64,000 nt of DNA from Octopus vulgaris. Its lineage: Eukaryota. Both the position numbers and the translations under genes were made by a program. The notes below the pieces were generated by a model that made no database searches, had not been told where the DNA came from, and worked only from the letters and a program-made list of their open reading frames with translations. Where the stretch lies: positions 177,506,001 to 177,570,000 of the forward strand of contig OX597816.1 in NCBI GenBank assembly GCA_951406725.2. Reading direction: 5' to 3'. Below, piece by piece: positions 29,790 through 43,249 of this stretch; the stretch's first letter is position 1; the number at the start of each line of letters is the position of its first letter.

Positions 29790-30219
29790 CTCTCTCTCTT
29801 TTACTCTTTTACTTATTTCAGTCATTTGACTGCGGCCATGCTGGAGCACCACCTTTAGTCGAGCAAATCGACCCCGGGACTTATTCTTTGTAAGCCCAGT
29901 ACTTATTCTATCGGTCTCTTTTTTGCCGAACCGCTAAGTAACGGGGACGTAAACACACCAGCATCGGTTGTCAAGCAATGCTAGGGGGACAAACACAGAC
30001 ACACAAACACACACACACATACACACACACACATATATATATATATACATATATACGACAGGCTTCTTTCAGTTTTCGTCTACCAAATCCACTCACAAGG
30101 CATTGGTCGGCCCGGGACTATAGCAGAAGACACTCGCCCAAGATGTCACGCAGTGGGACTGAACCCGGAACCATGTGGTTGGTTAGCAAGCTACTTACCA
30201 CACAGCCACTCCTGCGCCT
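29790..30219 (-). mobile_element. Full-length tRNA-derived SINE, family A (internal TA/TG microsatellite, (GTAAAAGA)n tail)
   Basis: The minus-strand head aggcgcaggagtggctgtgtggtaag..gggttcagtccc carries A/B-box-like motifs. There are many homologous copies in the window. Confidence 0.9.
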
Positions 30220-30330
30220 TTATATGTGTTAATACCATTTTTATGTATTTTACATCACGTACACACACACTTACGCACACATACGCGTGATAGGCGCAGG
30301 AGTGGCTGTGTGGTAAGTAGCTTGCTAACC

Positions 30331-31600
30331 TCACTGACTGAAGAGTGACTTTGCTTACCTTACTACGGTTTGGACGCGTTTTCTTCCCGGTAAGAGTTTT
30401 GCTGTGTTGTTAATATTACTTCGTATCATCTGGAAATTGTTGAATTTTACTACTGAAAATTTGTTTTTGAACGTTGTTGAACTGTCTTGTTCTCCGTTTT
30501 TACCGGGGAATAATTGGATAATTTGTTACTGTTGAACTGTTAGCCATTGTGGCTTTTTTTATCTACGTGACTGTATATAGTCTTGCCAGACTATTTTCGT
30601 GCCCCTCCCCCGAATGGGGGTGGGAATTGAAATTTTTGAACTGCGCTTTTACCACTCATTGAACTGCTTTGGAAGAAAAACTTTCTATATGTTTCCCAGT
30701 TTTGTGGGAAACCAATATTCGTAATTTTTGTGTTGTCTATTACTAATTTCAACAGAATAATGTCTGTTGAGATTATTCACGAAAATAGTGCTCTTGAGGA
30801 GAGCAATGTTGATAACTGTAGCAAAATATTTTCTGCGGTAGCCGCAGTGGCTACCGAGAACATTGACATCAATTTCAATCGAGGGCATTAGGCGGCCGAA
30901 AATTGGGGCTGGTGAAGTCGTAGAAATTCTCCGACAACCACTTCTGATTCTTTTCGGAGGTATGGCAAGAAGCCGAATCCAGCTGCCACACATATGGCCT
31001 TCCAACACCAACTCTGTCGTAACAGAGTTGGATCATAGTCTCTGGCAGCTTCACAAAGCCATCCGAATTGAGCCGCCCCGTTCAAAAATGTGGCACAGCA
31101 CTAGAGACACACCCAAAGATCATAGTTTGAGGAAACTCAGTTTTCATGGTGTCCAGAGTTCACAGAGCATTGAGGAGCAGTCATGATGTCAGCATTTTGA
31201 TACCCGACGCGAAACACAATTAGACTGGTAAACGTTTCCCTATATTCAGTTAGCTTCCAGTCCTCCATGTCATCCAACTTTTCCTCAACCACAATTTTAA
31301 TATTTATGCTATTCAACATTGTTGACTGTTCTCCAATACATCAGGCTGTTCCTGACAAAAGAGATATAATCGCCAAATTTAGCCGGAACACCCTGTATAT
31401 GCTTTTTTGCTGGGATGGGTACTGGATTGCGGACATACTGGGATATTACCATCAAGAGCATTTAATATATTATATCCCCATCAATACTTATTAAAGCCTA
31501 GTTCATAGTTTATCGCCAGCAATCTAATCCATCATTAGCATATGTTTTTTACATAGCTATATGAAAGTTCAAATCAAGATGTCTTATCACCAACAGCAGC
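30331..31600 (+). mobile_element. Possible degenerate LINE 5'UTR/ORF1 inserted after a SINE head
   Basis: It begins abruptly after a SINE head. The T-rich leader resembles 17200-17760, and decayed coding-like sequence follows. The family is not recognised. Confidence 0.3.
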
Positions 31601-31782
31601 ACAGTTCCCGTCTACTAAATTCCACTCTCAGGTTGCAGTGAAGTGAGATCATGTCTAGTACCATGCAAACATTTTAACTACACGCGCGCACGCACACACA
31701 TAGGTGAAATCAATTATAAACTATTAGCCTGCATTTAAAAATGAAACAATAAATGGAAAATGAAAATTAAATTTGAAGATAT

Positions 31783-32132
31783 ACTCTTTACTCTTTTACT
31801 CTTTTACTTGTTTCAGTCATTTGACTGCGGCCATTATTCTTTGTAAGCCCAGTACTTATTCTATCGGTCTCTTTTGCCGAACCACTAAGTGACGGGGACG
31901 TAAACACACCAGCATCGGTTGTCAAGCAATGCTAGGGGCACAAACACAAACACACAAACATACACACAAGTACATATATATATACATATATGCGACAGGC
32001 TTCTTTCAGTTTCCGTCTACCAAATCCACTCACAAGGCATTGGTCGGCCCGAGGCTATAGTAGAAGACACTTACCCAAGATGCCACGCAGTGGGACTGAA
32101 CCATGAACCATGTGGTTGATTAGCAAGCTACT
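31783..32132 (-). mobile_element. SINE family A
   Basis: Homologous to 29790-30219. Confidence 0.88.
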
Positions 32133-32269
32133 TTATTTCATATAATTTGCCATTTGGGCATTTACAAAGAGGGGACAAACAAGGACAGACAAATATAAAG
32201 GGTGAAGTAGATTAACACAGTTAAAATTTTCGAATGAAATTATGGATAAGATTATAAACAATGAGTTTT

Positions 32270-32790
32270 ACGAAGACAATGTTTAAAAATATTATTAATG
32301 ATCATGTCGAAGGACGGACACCCAGCCATCCGGGTAGAACCTTTACTTTTTGATCCGGTCACACTTACCTGGTGCCAAACACACCCAGCTTGCATGCCAC
32401 AGGCTTCCATCTTTTCACAAACATATCTCGTGACAGACACCTCTTCTCCAGCCTGATTTTGCTACTGAGGTCCCATGGATTACTGTGTAGGGAGTGGAAG
32501 CGTGTTTAAGAAAGATGCCAACCGCTCTGCCTACAACACCAAGGCTGAGATAGTGGCCAAGATCATAGCAGTGTTCAAAGATTTTCTCAGGGACACACTA
32601 AGCAAGGTATGCGTCAGGTTCGAGAGCCTTTTTGAGGCCACGCTGAAAGCTGACGGCTGCTACTTTGAGTAAGCCGTTATCTCCAAGCTCTAATATAATT
32701 TGATTTTTAAAATACCTTCATTTTTGCACAGGATATTGTGTTTTCTTTTCCTTTTATGCAAACTATCAAATTTATCCCGAACACCTTGTA
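32270..32790 (+). mobile_element. Tc1/mariner-superfamily transposase 3' remnant with right TIR
   Basis: Translates as (SPD..)PMDY..V..DANRSAYNTKAEIVAKI..VCVRFESLFEATLKADGCYFE*. The terminus is tcaaatttatcccgaacaccttg|TA. Confidence 0.75.
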
Positions 32791-33453
32791 CATGTGTGCA
32801 AGCATATGTATGCATGTGCTCGTGTGTGTGTGAGTACGCGCGCATGTCTTTTGTAATTTGTTTGCCGTAGGACGTAAACAACAGTTAGTAAAATAGTGCT
32901 CGCTCTCTTTGTGGTTTTACTACAATCTTACTTATGCAGTGTTTCTTCTACGCTGTTACTCTACGTTCTCTCCAATGCACTAATGGCTACACAGTCCCAC
33001 ATCAGCTCATCTGTATCTTACGAAGTATGCAAGCATTGATATATACGTAACGAAATGCAGTCAGTATTACATTTTAACTGGTGAATTTCCAGTTGTATAT
33101 ACCACACAGTTACTACCTAACTTCCCCCCTCTTAACCCTTAAATGCGTTTATCAGTTGGCTGTCACTAATAAGTGGGTGTATACTCAATAATTCCTGATA
33201 ACCCGGTGAATAACTGAACACTGACGAGAGATTATTTATCTAATCTTCTATCTGACAGAGCATAACGTTTCTGAGCAGCTCAATAAGTTATATTTTATCT
33301 AATAATAGATGGCAAGAGACGATACTGCCTCTCAAAATGCTTTCTGAGGAAGGTATTACTCTTTACAACACAATCCCCCCGAGCTTATCGGAACTTCTAA
33401 ATTTCCCTCGCCGACTTGATTGACATTTGAGCGGATGCTCTACTCATATGTGA

Positions 33454-33455
33454 TT

Positions 33456-33521
<66 letters not shown>

Positions 33522-33591
33522 TTCCTTTCTTCCTTTCTTTTTGTATGTATTTATGTATGTATGCATATTCATATACATATATAGGAAATGA

Positions 33592-33622
<31 letters not shown>

Positions 33623-33655
33623 TGTATGTATGTATGTATGTATGTATGTATGTAT
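33454..33655. repeat. (TTTC)n and (TATG)n tetranucleotide repeats
   Basis: Seen directly. Confidence 0.95.
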
Positions 33656-34236
33656 ACATACACGCGTGCGCGAGCATGTAATTATGTGTATATCAATTTT
33701 AAACACTCTCCTGCAAGCTTGAATGTGATAAGCATTCATTGCAGGGTTTTATCTCAGAGACCAAATTTATCCCTATAAATTTTGTGCGTAAAAGCACACA
33801 GAACTCCAAACGACAACAGACTATCAATATAAGGTTTCGGCGCGATTTCTTCTCAGCGGTTATAGTTCTCTCCTCGGTCATTTGGAGCTAGGCACACAAA
33901 TCCTGAGGCTTAGTAAGATGGAATAAATTCTGTATTAACTCAGGAAGCAGAGAGAATCGAAATAATGATGTGTACATTATTTTTAATGCGTTCCTGCACA
34001 CAAGGAAGTGGATAACATTAGCTCAGGAATATTTTTGACGGTAAACAAATTTTCCCCTGAGACTTTAAGCATAAAAGTATACGGTTCCGTCATGACTTCG
34101 CTTTCTCAGTCGTAGCAAAAATATACTCAATACAGTAAAAATATCAACATCAAAACAAACTACAATACATACCCAAGGCGCTCTCAGTAGTGATCTGTAG
34201 TGCACTAAAAACGCACATTTAAACTAAGACTATTGC

Positions 34237-34272
<36 letters not shown>

Positions 34273-34559
34273 GTTATTTGCCGAAGTGACATATCAGCAC
34301 CTATAACGGGGATAATTGCAGAAAGGTTACATCAACACGTATATAAGAAGCACATGTTGCTTGTTGAGCAGAAAGGGTGTTTGTAAAAAGAGCAAAGGAA
34401 CGAAAGATCAATTAATGCGTCTTAAGAAATTGCAGAAAAAGATTGTGTAGATTGACTAAAGAAAAGCATACGAGTTAGTCCTACAGTCGAGGATCAAACG
34501 AGCCTAGAAATCTTCATGGACTAGAAAAAGGTTAAATGTCGGTTAAAAACGCAATACCT

Positions 34560-35500
34560 TATTGGAGAGTAGAGGTAACATGAGGAGGAGAAAGATTATG
34601 AGAGATGCAGTCCAGAAGCTAAAGAAGAGCACTCTTTGGGAGAAAATAGAAGAAAAGGGAATCATCTCCAATTTGTGAATGAGTTAAAGCTCTTTGGCAC
34701 AGACAAGAAGTAAATGGATTGCTTGTTGGTACCCATAAGAATATTTAGTAGCGATATGGGAATCGTATCCGGAATCGAAAAATGCGAAATTATAGGATGA
34801 AGCAGGAAAAAGAAAACTATAAAAGGTATAGAGATACGAAAATATAAGACTATTAAATGCAGATATCTGGAGATGCTAGAAAGTGACAAAATAAGAGGTC
34901 TACGAATTAAGGAAATGCTCAGTAAAGGATACTTAGGTACCATGAAAAAGAATTTAAAATCTAAACCGCACGCGGGAAACAGCAGATTCTGCAAGCAAAG
35001 CAAACTATGACTAAAGAAAAGCATCCAGAAGAAGAAAATGGAGAAAATGATGTTGGCAGCAGAATGCCAGAGCCTCGAAGGAAACGGCACCAAGACGCGA
35101 CAGATCAACAAGACTGATTGTCCAAATGTAATAAGTGCGATAATTTAGAGGTGCCCAAAGCACATATGAGTATCGAAATGGCCTCAGTTAACACAGAAAG
35201 AATACAAAATGCAACAAGTATACCGGAATTATATATACATTAAAAAAAAAGCTATAATAGAAATGCAAGCCATCGAAAACAAGGAAATGAGGTTGTTGTG
35301 GGATTTTACTATACCAACCGAAAGAATAATAGGACACAGAATGCCGGATACTGTAATCATTGACAAGAAAAAGATCCATGCCTTGTGATCATCATAGCAT
35401 GTCCATTTAACATCGGAGTCAAACGAATAGAAAAAGAAAAAAAAACAGAGCACATTATACCTACTCGAAGTATGAAGTCCTAGAGTGCTGGAACACTCAA
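34560..35500 (+). mobile_element. Highly degenerate R4/Dong 3' fragment
   Basis: Remnants across frames: FSSDMG..GIEKC, MMLAAECQSL and LWDFTIPTERIIGHRMPDTVIIDKKK (RLE domain). Confidence 0.65.
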
Positions 35501-35599
35501 GTACTCAAGGATTGCTGTCATGATGCTCCTTCTATAAATTGTATATTTCTAGCGTATATTATATATATTAGAGATTTATTTTTCTTGCGAATGGCTGTA

Positions 35600-36900
35600 A
35601 ATTTAATTTCTTTCAGATTGAGGGCTGGCTCCTCTCACTGAATATCGGTTCTCCTTTATAAGATAAGAGTTTTCACTTAGCAGAGAGCATATCTTCTTCG
35701 TAGAAAATGTAGCTCACCTTGCATTTTTATAACTATTTTAAATATTTTTCTGTTAAGTCTTTTTTTTCGTTTGTCTTTTCTTTTTGAAAATCAGCTTGTT
35801 TCCGTCAGCCACTATTCTCATAATTAGATGGAGTGGTAGTGCTTTGAGGTGGTCACTTCATGTTCGTTTAGTACCAGCTGCTGTTGCTGCTGCATTGGCT
35901 GATTTTACTTATCTTTGTCGTTTGTGGCTGTAAAGAAGTCTTTTGAGAAGCATGATTCCCTTCTGATAATGAAGACGGGCGACTTCATTTGCCGATTCCC
36001 AAGTCGTATCGGATGTCGCTGTAGGACTAACAACCTCCAGGATTTATTGTTGCTTTTTTAAAAAAAACTTCCTTTACAAAAAGCTTTTCAACCGATTTTG
36101 CTGTTACATGTGTGGTAGCTAAGTAATCTACTTTAGATGCTGAGCTTTAAGATCTTCCCTGCGTCTTCTACGAAACACATCTCAAGCGTCGTTTTATGGC
36201 GTTGCGGTGTTTTAAGGACATATATGTCGATACTAATCCTACTTGTCCACAAAATACCGAAAGCTGCATCTGCAGTGTCTACGTGCTCATGTTGTCCCCG
36301 GAAAGTGACTATCAGCCAGGGTTTGACATCTCACTGATGTCTCTAACAGTGACCATTATCTTCTCTCTTCTCAAATAGTGCGAAACCAGATGTTTCGCGT
36401 TGTATTTGGTCTTGCGATTTCGCCCTTTTCTCTGTTTTACATGTGAAATAATATAATCTCCTATGCTCTCCCTTCTCCAATGAAAGATTTTGCACTCAAG
36501 TCTCTGCCAGTGTTGTCCCACTTTTGGTTTGTGGAAACAAGAAAGCTTTCTGTGTTCTTAGTAAAGCAAAAGTAAGATCCTTTTCTCCTCTCACGAATCT
36601 TCGTGATTACTTATAGAAGATTGGCACAAGTTCGATGAACAATATATTGTTAATCTTTCAGAAAAATGTTCTATATTTAGAGGTTTTTCTTTTCTTCATT
36701 ATTATTCCTTTTTTCGTTTGAAAGTACGTTTGCGAAGGACACCCTTTTGCTATTGTTGGTAAGCATATGCATTCTGTTATTATGCAAATTTTTCTTCATT
36801 TCTTTGCGTATTCAATTAGCAATTTTTAAAAATGTGTCTTCATTTTGTGGTTATTTTGCTTTGTTTACTGTAATATTTTGGAGGCGTGGATCAGAGGGAT
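35600..36900 (-). mobile_element. Possible degenerate L1/Tx1 ORF1 region
   Basis: A decayed knuckle FCGQVG lies near 36235-36255 on the purine-rich minus strand. The evidence is weak. Confidence 0.3.
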
Positions 36901-37461
36901 TTTTTATTACCTAATATTTAGGCGGTAGGATAAAATTGTAATATTAAAAAAAAACCTTTTATGTCTAACCCGCGTAGAAGTAAAGCTTCCAATAGTTTCA
37001 ATGAGGGTCACTGTGTGAGGTGAAATTTCCTCTCTCTGTAACTTATGCAATATACCGATCCAGCAAGTCAAATTGAACCTTTGAGGAACTTGAACTCAGG
37101 TCTGGTATAGCAATTACAAGACATTTTGTCCGATTCTCAAGCCACTCGCCCCAAACCACCGCCATTAAATATTTATTTCTAATTTAGGTACGAGGCTAAC
37201 AGTTTTCAAGGAGGGTGTTAATCGATACCACAAACCCCAGTACTTGACTTGAATTTGGTCTTATGGATCCCGGGAGGGTTGAAAGTAAAGTTTAGAACGT
37301 AAAGGGGGCAGAAAATACCGAAAAGTACTTTGTTTAATCTGCTGCCCTAAAACAATAGTTGCTTCTGAGAAAGACACAAGACCTGAACCAAGTACTTAAT
37401 TGATATTTTATTTTATCGACAGCGGAGGGATAAAAGTGCATATTCAATTGAGGCAGGATTT

Positions 37462-38399
37462 GGATCTTTTCCTTATGATGGGCAACTTGATTAATTAATT
37501 TTTTAAACTAAATACTTTCAAACTTCGGACACTGGTAGAATGTGTCATATAGAACATATTTTACTCTTAGCGTTGTTGAGAAAAGTTTCTATTTTCGAAG
37601 TTATTTCGTGTTAAAGTTATCGTATTTCGGTAATTTCAACCAATCAATGACGTGTATAAAATTACTGCTTTTGTTTGTCAACAACTTCCGGCGGTGTATA
37701 TTTCGTTTGTCACTGTTATTTATGACATATATCATCTCAGTTACATTAGTATGAATAAACGGGTGTATCTGAAGCACGTTTACTTCATGACACCACCATA
37801 ATCGTTCGTGCATTTCTATTGCTTTTAGGTTTATCCCTGTTTTCCTGAATATTTTGGCCCCTTTTACCCCACCTCCAATTTCTTCATTTTTCACTTTTTT
37901 CCGTAACCCTAACACTAAAACCCCAACCTTAACCCTAACCCTAAAACTCTAACCCTAAAATCCTAACCCTAACCTTAAAATCCTAACCCTGACCCTAAAA
38001 CCCTAACCTTAAAATCCTAACCCTGACCCTAAAACCCTAACCCTAAAACTTTAACCTTAACCCTAAATAGAAAAATTGTAAATTTTTTAAGGCTAAAACC
38101 AGTACAAACGCACGAACGATGTCATAAATAACAGTGACAAACGAAATATACACCGCCGGAAGTTGTTGTTGACAAACAACGGCAGTAATTTTATTCAACT
38201 GAATACACGTCATTGATTGGTTGAAATTACCGAAATGCGATAATTTTAACACGAAATAACTTCGAAAACAGAAACTTTTCTCAACTACGCTAAAAGTAAA
38301 AGATGTTTGATATGACACATTCTACCAGTATACGAAGTTTTAATGTGTTTAGTTAAAGAAAATTAATTAATTGAACTGCCCATGAAAAGGAAAAGATCC
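37462..38399. mobile_element. MITE with about 270-bp TIRs, 8-bp TSD and telomere-like core (Merlin- or MULE-like)
   Basis: Termini are GGATCTTTTCC and GGAAAAGATCC. The TIRs span 37462-37728 and 38119-38399. The TSD CAGGATTT is at 37454-37461 and 38400-38407. The element interrupts a SINE. Confidence 0.9.
37903..38066. repeat. Degenerate (CCCTAA)n telomere-like array inside the MITE
   Basis: taaccc/ccctaaaa variants, with a higher-order unit aaccttaaaatcctaaccctgaccctaaaaccct repeated. Confidence 0.9.
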
Positions 38400-38939
38400 C
38401 AGGATTTGAGCTCAGATCGTAAACAACCGGAACCAATTTTTGATGATTTTTTAAATATCAAATTTATTTTCTTTTATCTAGAGTGTGTTTATAAAAAAAC
38501 TGTTTGATCTTCAAATATTTTCCTTTTTTTTTTAATCTAAGACAGGAGGTCAATGCCTACATCTTTTTAGATTTCACCAGATGTCTGACACGGGTGCTTG
38601 CAATTGTTTCAAGATCGCAATACTGTTCGTCATTTTTTTTTCTACAGAGCTGTTGTATAATTTGTTGATGTTTCATGGTATATAAATTGATATACGTACG
38701 GTAACGATATCTCTGAGTAGGTTTTTCTCCGTTATTTGCTTTGTAATTTAAGTTATCCAAGTTGTTTTCATTTGCTTTCTTAATGGTAACATTACTTTTC
38801 AGGAGAGTAGTAAAGGCGGCTGCGTAGTTGAAAATAGTGAGCGGTTAACATTACATTGCACCTTTATCAGCATTGTTATTATTATTGTTATTATTATTGT
38901 CGTTCTCACCGTTGTCGTCGTCGTCATCATCATCAAAAT

Positions 38940-39632
38940 GACAGTCAGGAATGTTAGTGCGTTAGAAAAATTGCTTTGCTGTGTTTGTTCCGAGTCTTTA
39001 CACTCTGAGAGTTCAAATTCCATGGAGGTCAACTTAGCCTATAATCATTTTGATGTCGATGAAATAAAATACCAATCAAGTGCCGGGTCCAAGGTATCAA
39101 TTCATACCCACGTCAACAGTCAGAACAACATCCCCAACACAAATTTTGTGAACTTGTGCCAAAATTATTATTATTATTAACATTATTATTTTCATTATTG
39201 AAAGCAGCGTGTTGGCAGAATCATGAGCACGTCGGACGAAATGCTCAACGGTATTTCGTCCGTCTTTATGCTCTGAGTTCAAATTCTGCTGAGGTCGACG
39301 TTGCCTTTCATCATTTCGCGGTCGACAAATTAAGTATCAGCGAAAGACTGGAGTCGTTGTAATCGAATTTCCCAAAATTTCAAGCCTTGTGCATTTAGTA
39401 GAAAGGATTAATATTATCATTAAGGTGGCGGGCTGGCAGGATTATTTACACGGGGGTGTAAAATACTTAGCGGCATTTTGTCTATCTTTGAGCTCTGAGT
39501 TCAAATTCTGCCGAGATCGACTTTGTCTTTCATCCGGTCGGGTGTCGATAAAACTAGTACCAGCTGAACACTGGGGTTGATATAATCGATTTGAACCCAC
39601 CAAAAAATTTTAGGTCTTGTGCCTTTAGTAGA

Positions 39633-39686
<54 letters not shown>
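38940..39686 (+). mobile_element. Three head-to-tail SINE family B copies; the last tail is the Dong target
   Basis: Copies start at about 38940, 39200 and 39422. The array resumes at about 43040 after the Dong element. Confidence 0.82.
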
Positions 39687-42600
39687 CATTTTTTTTCTTT
39701 CTTTCTTCAAATTTTCTTCCGTTTCTCGCCGAGTGTTTTCCGTACACCTAGGGCAGAGAAGCTCATTGCATGCATTCCCAGATTACACACGCAAATTCAC
39801 AGACAAAATATGTATTTAAAAAATTAATGAATAAATAGATTCATGAATGGATGTTGTTTTCACAGCGATAATGCTCTTCTCAGTACATGAGCCATTCCAG
39901 TTAATACGATGTTTTGTACTTCCTGTAGAGATGGTAAACCTGGTATCATTTTCAAATAGGTTTCAATACCTATTTTTATCATTCCTAGAGATCCTACAAT
40001 CACTGGTACTGTAGTCGCCTTGAGATGCCACATTTTTTCAATTTCTATTAGCAAGTCTTTATATTTATTAATCTTGTCAAATTCTTTCGCCGCTATATTG
40101 TGATCGCAGGGAATACTCATGTCAATTAATAAACACATCTTTTTTGTCTGATCTTTTATGATAATATCCGGTTTATTAGCTTTTATAGTTTTGTCGGTAT
40201 GTACGGGGAAGTCCCATAAAATCGATACACTCTCTCCCTCAGTCACAGCTTCAGGATGGTGTTTATACCATTTGTCAGCGGTTTTGATTTTATAATGCTG
40301 ACATATTGTCCAGTGTAAATACTGGCCGACTCTGTCATGTCTTGCTTTATATTCTACAGGTGCTAAGACTCTACACCCTGAGATTAAGTGGTCTATTGTT
40401 TCAATCTCATCGTTACAGAATCGGCATTTTGGGTCAGTTCCATTTTTTTTATCACATTGGCTTGGTAGTTCCGGGTTAATAAGCTTTGGTCTTGAGCAGC
40501 TAATATGAAACCTTCACTCTCTGCTTTTAGCCCTGAGCTTCGTAACCATTGGTGCGTGTGTTTCTGGTCGACATCAGCTTGTTTGCTACGGGCCACATAC
40601 TTGCCATGGAAAGGTTTCTATTCCCATTTGCTCGCTAATTTTTCATGCGCTTTTGTCTTTGCAATCAATTTTATTTCTTTGCAGCATTTGGCGCATTAAC
40701 TTCAGCCTGATCAATCTAGTGGGTATCTAAGAGATCAGTAGCGAACTTTTTGCTCTCTTTCAGAATAGAGTGAGGTTTTTTCGGTCTTTCATGTTTTTCA
40801 ACAAGTTTTAGCATCCAATCGTTGGTTGCTTCAAGGTATTTGGCCAGTCCGATTGGGGTAGTTTTGTATGTAAGTTCAAGCTGGATCAAACCTCGACCTC
40901 CCTGAGCTCTGGGAAGGTAAAGATGATCCACGTCTGCCTTTGGATGGTGCATCTTATTACAAGTTATTAGCTTGCAGATTTTTCTGTCAATTTTCATTAT
41001 TTCACTGGTATTCCAGTTAAGCACATTGGAGCTATAAAGAACAACTGGTACTGCTAAGGAATTTATGGCTAACACCTTATTATATGCATTCATTTCAGAC
41101 TTCAGGACTGCCCGAACTCTTCTATAACATTCCTTCCTAACCTTCTCTTTCATGCTTGCATGCTGGATACCTGACCCTTCATTTACTCCTAGGTATTTAT
41201 AGGTTTGTTCCTGCTCAAGTTCCTTTATTACTGTTTCGACATCTAATTCGATTGAACTTGACCAATTTCCCTTTCTTAAAAGTGGATTTGGCACACTTTT
41301 CAAGGCCAAACTCCATCCCGATATCATCACTGAATCCTTTCACAGTATGTAGTAGTCCTTCAAGCTCTTCATCATCTTTGCCATATAGTTTTAAATCATC
41401 CATATAAAATAGATGGCTTATTTTCCTGTTGTCAATTTTGTAGCCATATCCTGTTCTATTCAGTTCACTTGAGAGTGGCATTAGTGCTATGCAGAAAATT
41501 AGTGGTGAAAGTGAGTCATCTTGGAAAATTCCACAGTTTATACTAATCTTGTTTGAGCGCAATACTCCATTAGAATGATATAATTGGAGCTTCGTGTTCC
41601 ATAGTGACATATTATATTTTTTAAAAATCTGAAATCACAGGAGAAATTTTGAAAATGTCCCGCGATTTCAGTATCCCCGAATGCGGTATGCTGTCAAAGA
41701 ATTTTTTGTAATCAATCCATGAAGAGCTGAAATTTCTGCGCTTGTTATGGCAATTCTCAAGGACCATGCGATTAATTAGGAGCTGATCTTTGCATCCGTA
41801 TGAACCTCGTCTGCATCCTTTTTGTTAAGTGGGAAAGAGGTTATTCTCTTCCATAAACGTATATATTTTCTCCACTAGAATAGATATCAAAATCTTATAG
41901 GTAGTAGACAAACATGTTATAGGCCGGTAGTTTTTTGGGTCTTTCGTTTCGTTATTTTGGGGGAGGAGGTAAGTAATACCATTTGCCATCCAATGGAGAG
42001 TTTTTCCGGGTCTTTCATAATGTTATTAATTAGTATTACTACTATCTTGTGTGCGGACGATAATGATGAGAGCCAGAAATTTGGCACTCTGTCAATACCA
42101 GGGGATTTCCACTTATGAGCCTTCGTTAGTGTCCTACTTAGGTCGGCGATTGAGATGTCTTCCAATACCTGTTCTTGTAGATTTTTGTAGGCATCTTGGA
42201 TGCGTTTGATCCACTCTGCATTTTCATTGTATGGTTTCTCATCACTCCAGATCTCTTTCCAAAAGTTTTCAACTTCTTCCATTAGGAGTGGATTTTCAAT
42301 GGTTATTTTTTCTTTCCCTATTTCCCTATAAAATGATTTGGCATTGGATTTGAACATCTTATTTTGTTTGTAGAATTTGGTTCTTTTCTCAAATCTGCGT
42401 ATTCTCTGAGCTTTTGCCTGAACTTTTCGTTTAAGTGTTTCTTTCGCTGACATTAGTTCTTTTCTTGTTGAGTGTCCATATTTTCTCACAATCTTCCTGC
42501 CTTTTCTTGATCTTATACAATTTCCAGAGATTAGCTCAGTTAATATTGATATCTCCCTTCGCAATGATTCAATTTCAGTTTCAATTCTACTCCTCCAGTT

Positions 42601-42965
42601 TGATTTTCTTTTCGAATTTGGTATTGTTGGCTTTTTGGGCGTTAAACAGCGTCTTTCGATTACCTTAGCAACAGAGTAAATAATTTCAATTAACTTATTT
42701 AGATCGGGTTTTAGTTGTTGTATGATTTCTTGTGTAACGCAGTTGCCAATTTTTATTTGTGTTTTATGTTGGTGTGCATTTGAGAGTTTATGGAGTGGTT
42801 CCCTATCATTCATATCTGTATGCCCTACAACTGCAAGCTCATTCAGAACTTCCTGCTTCATTTCAATGATAGGTTTTCTGTGTTGTTCAGCAAATATGTG
42901 GTCTTCAAATTCTAATTCGACATCATTTTCCTGGCTGTTTTTTCTAAGGTCATTATATTTTCCTT
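39687..42965 (-). mobile_element. R4/Dong-clade non-LTR retrotransposon (RT + CCHC + restriction-like endonuclease), 5'-truncated, frameshifted, with (TAA)n at its 3' end
   Basis: Motifs: WKSPGID, GIFQDDSLSPL, SHLFYMDDLKLY, GMEFGLEKCAK, YKYLG, GGRGL, LAAQDQSL, CRFC..ETIDHLISGC, ILWDF..NKPDII..LLIDMSIP. The 3'UTR runs into (TAA)n at 39635-39686, the known Dong target. Confidence 0.93.
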
Positions 42966-43249
42966 TTCCCCCCTGTTTTTCCCTTTTCCTTTTCCTAATT
43001 ATTATTGTTGTTGTTGTTGTTGCTGTTGTTATTATTATAAAGGTAGTTAGCTGGCAGAACCTTTAAGGCAGTACTTCCACTTGCTCGTTATATTTTGAGC
43101 TTAAATTCTACTAAGGTTACCTATCTGTTTCATCCCCAGAGTGATAGAAAGTGATAGAAAGAATGAAAGAAGGAGAAAGTTCATCACTGTGGGACTGGTG
43201 TGAATGTAACAGACTAACATCCGGCCCTCAAACCGCTGTCCTTGAGCCT

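Noticed and set aside
30150-30219. tRNA-like sequence with A/B boxes
   Set aside because: It is a SINE head: there is no complete cloverleaf and it is always attached to the SINE body.
37903-38066. Telomere or chromosome-fusion relic
   Set aside because: The repeat is degenerate and enclosed by TIRs and a TSD, so it is transposon cargo.
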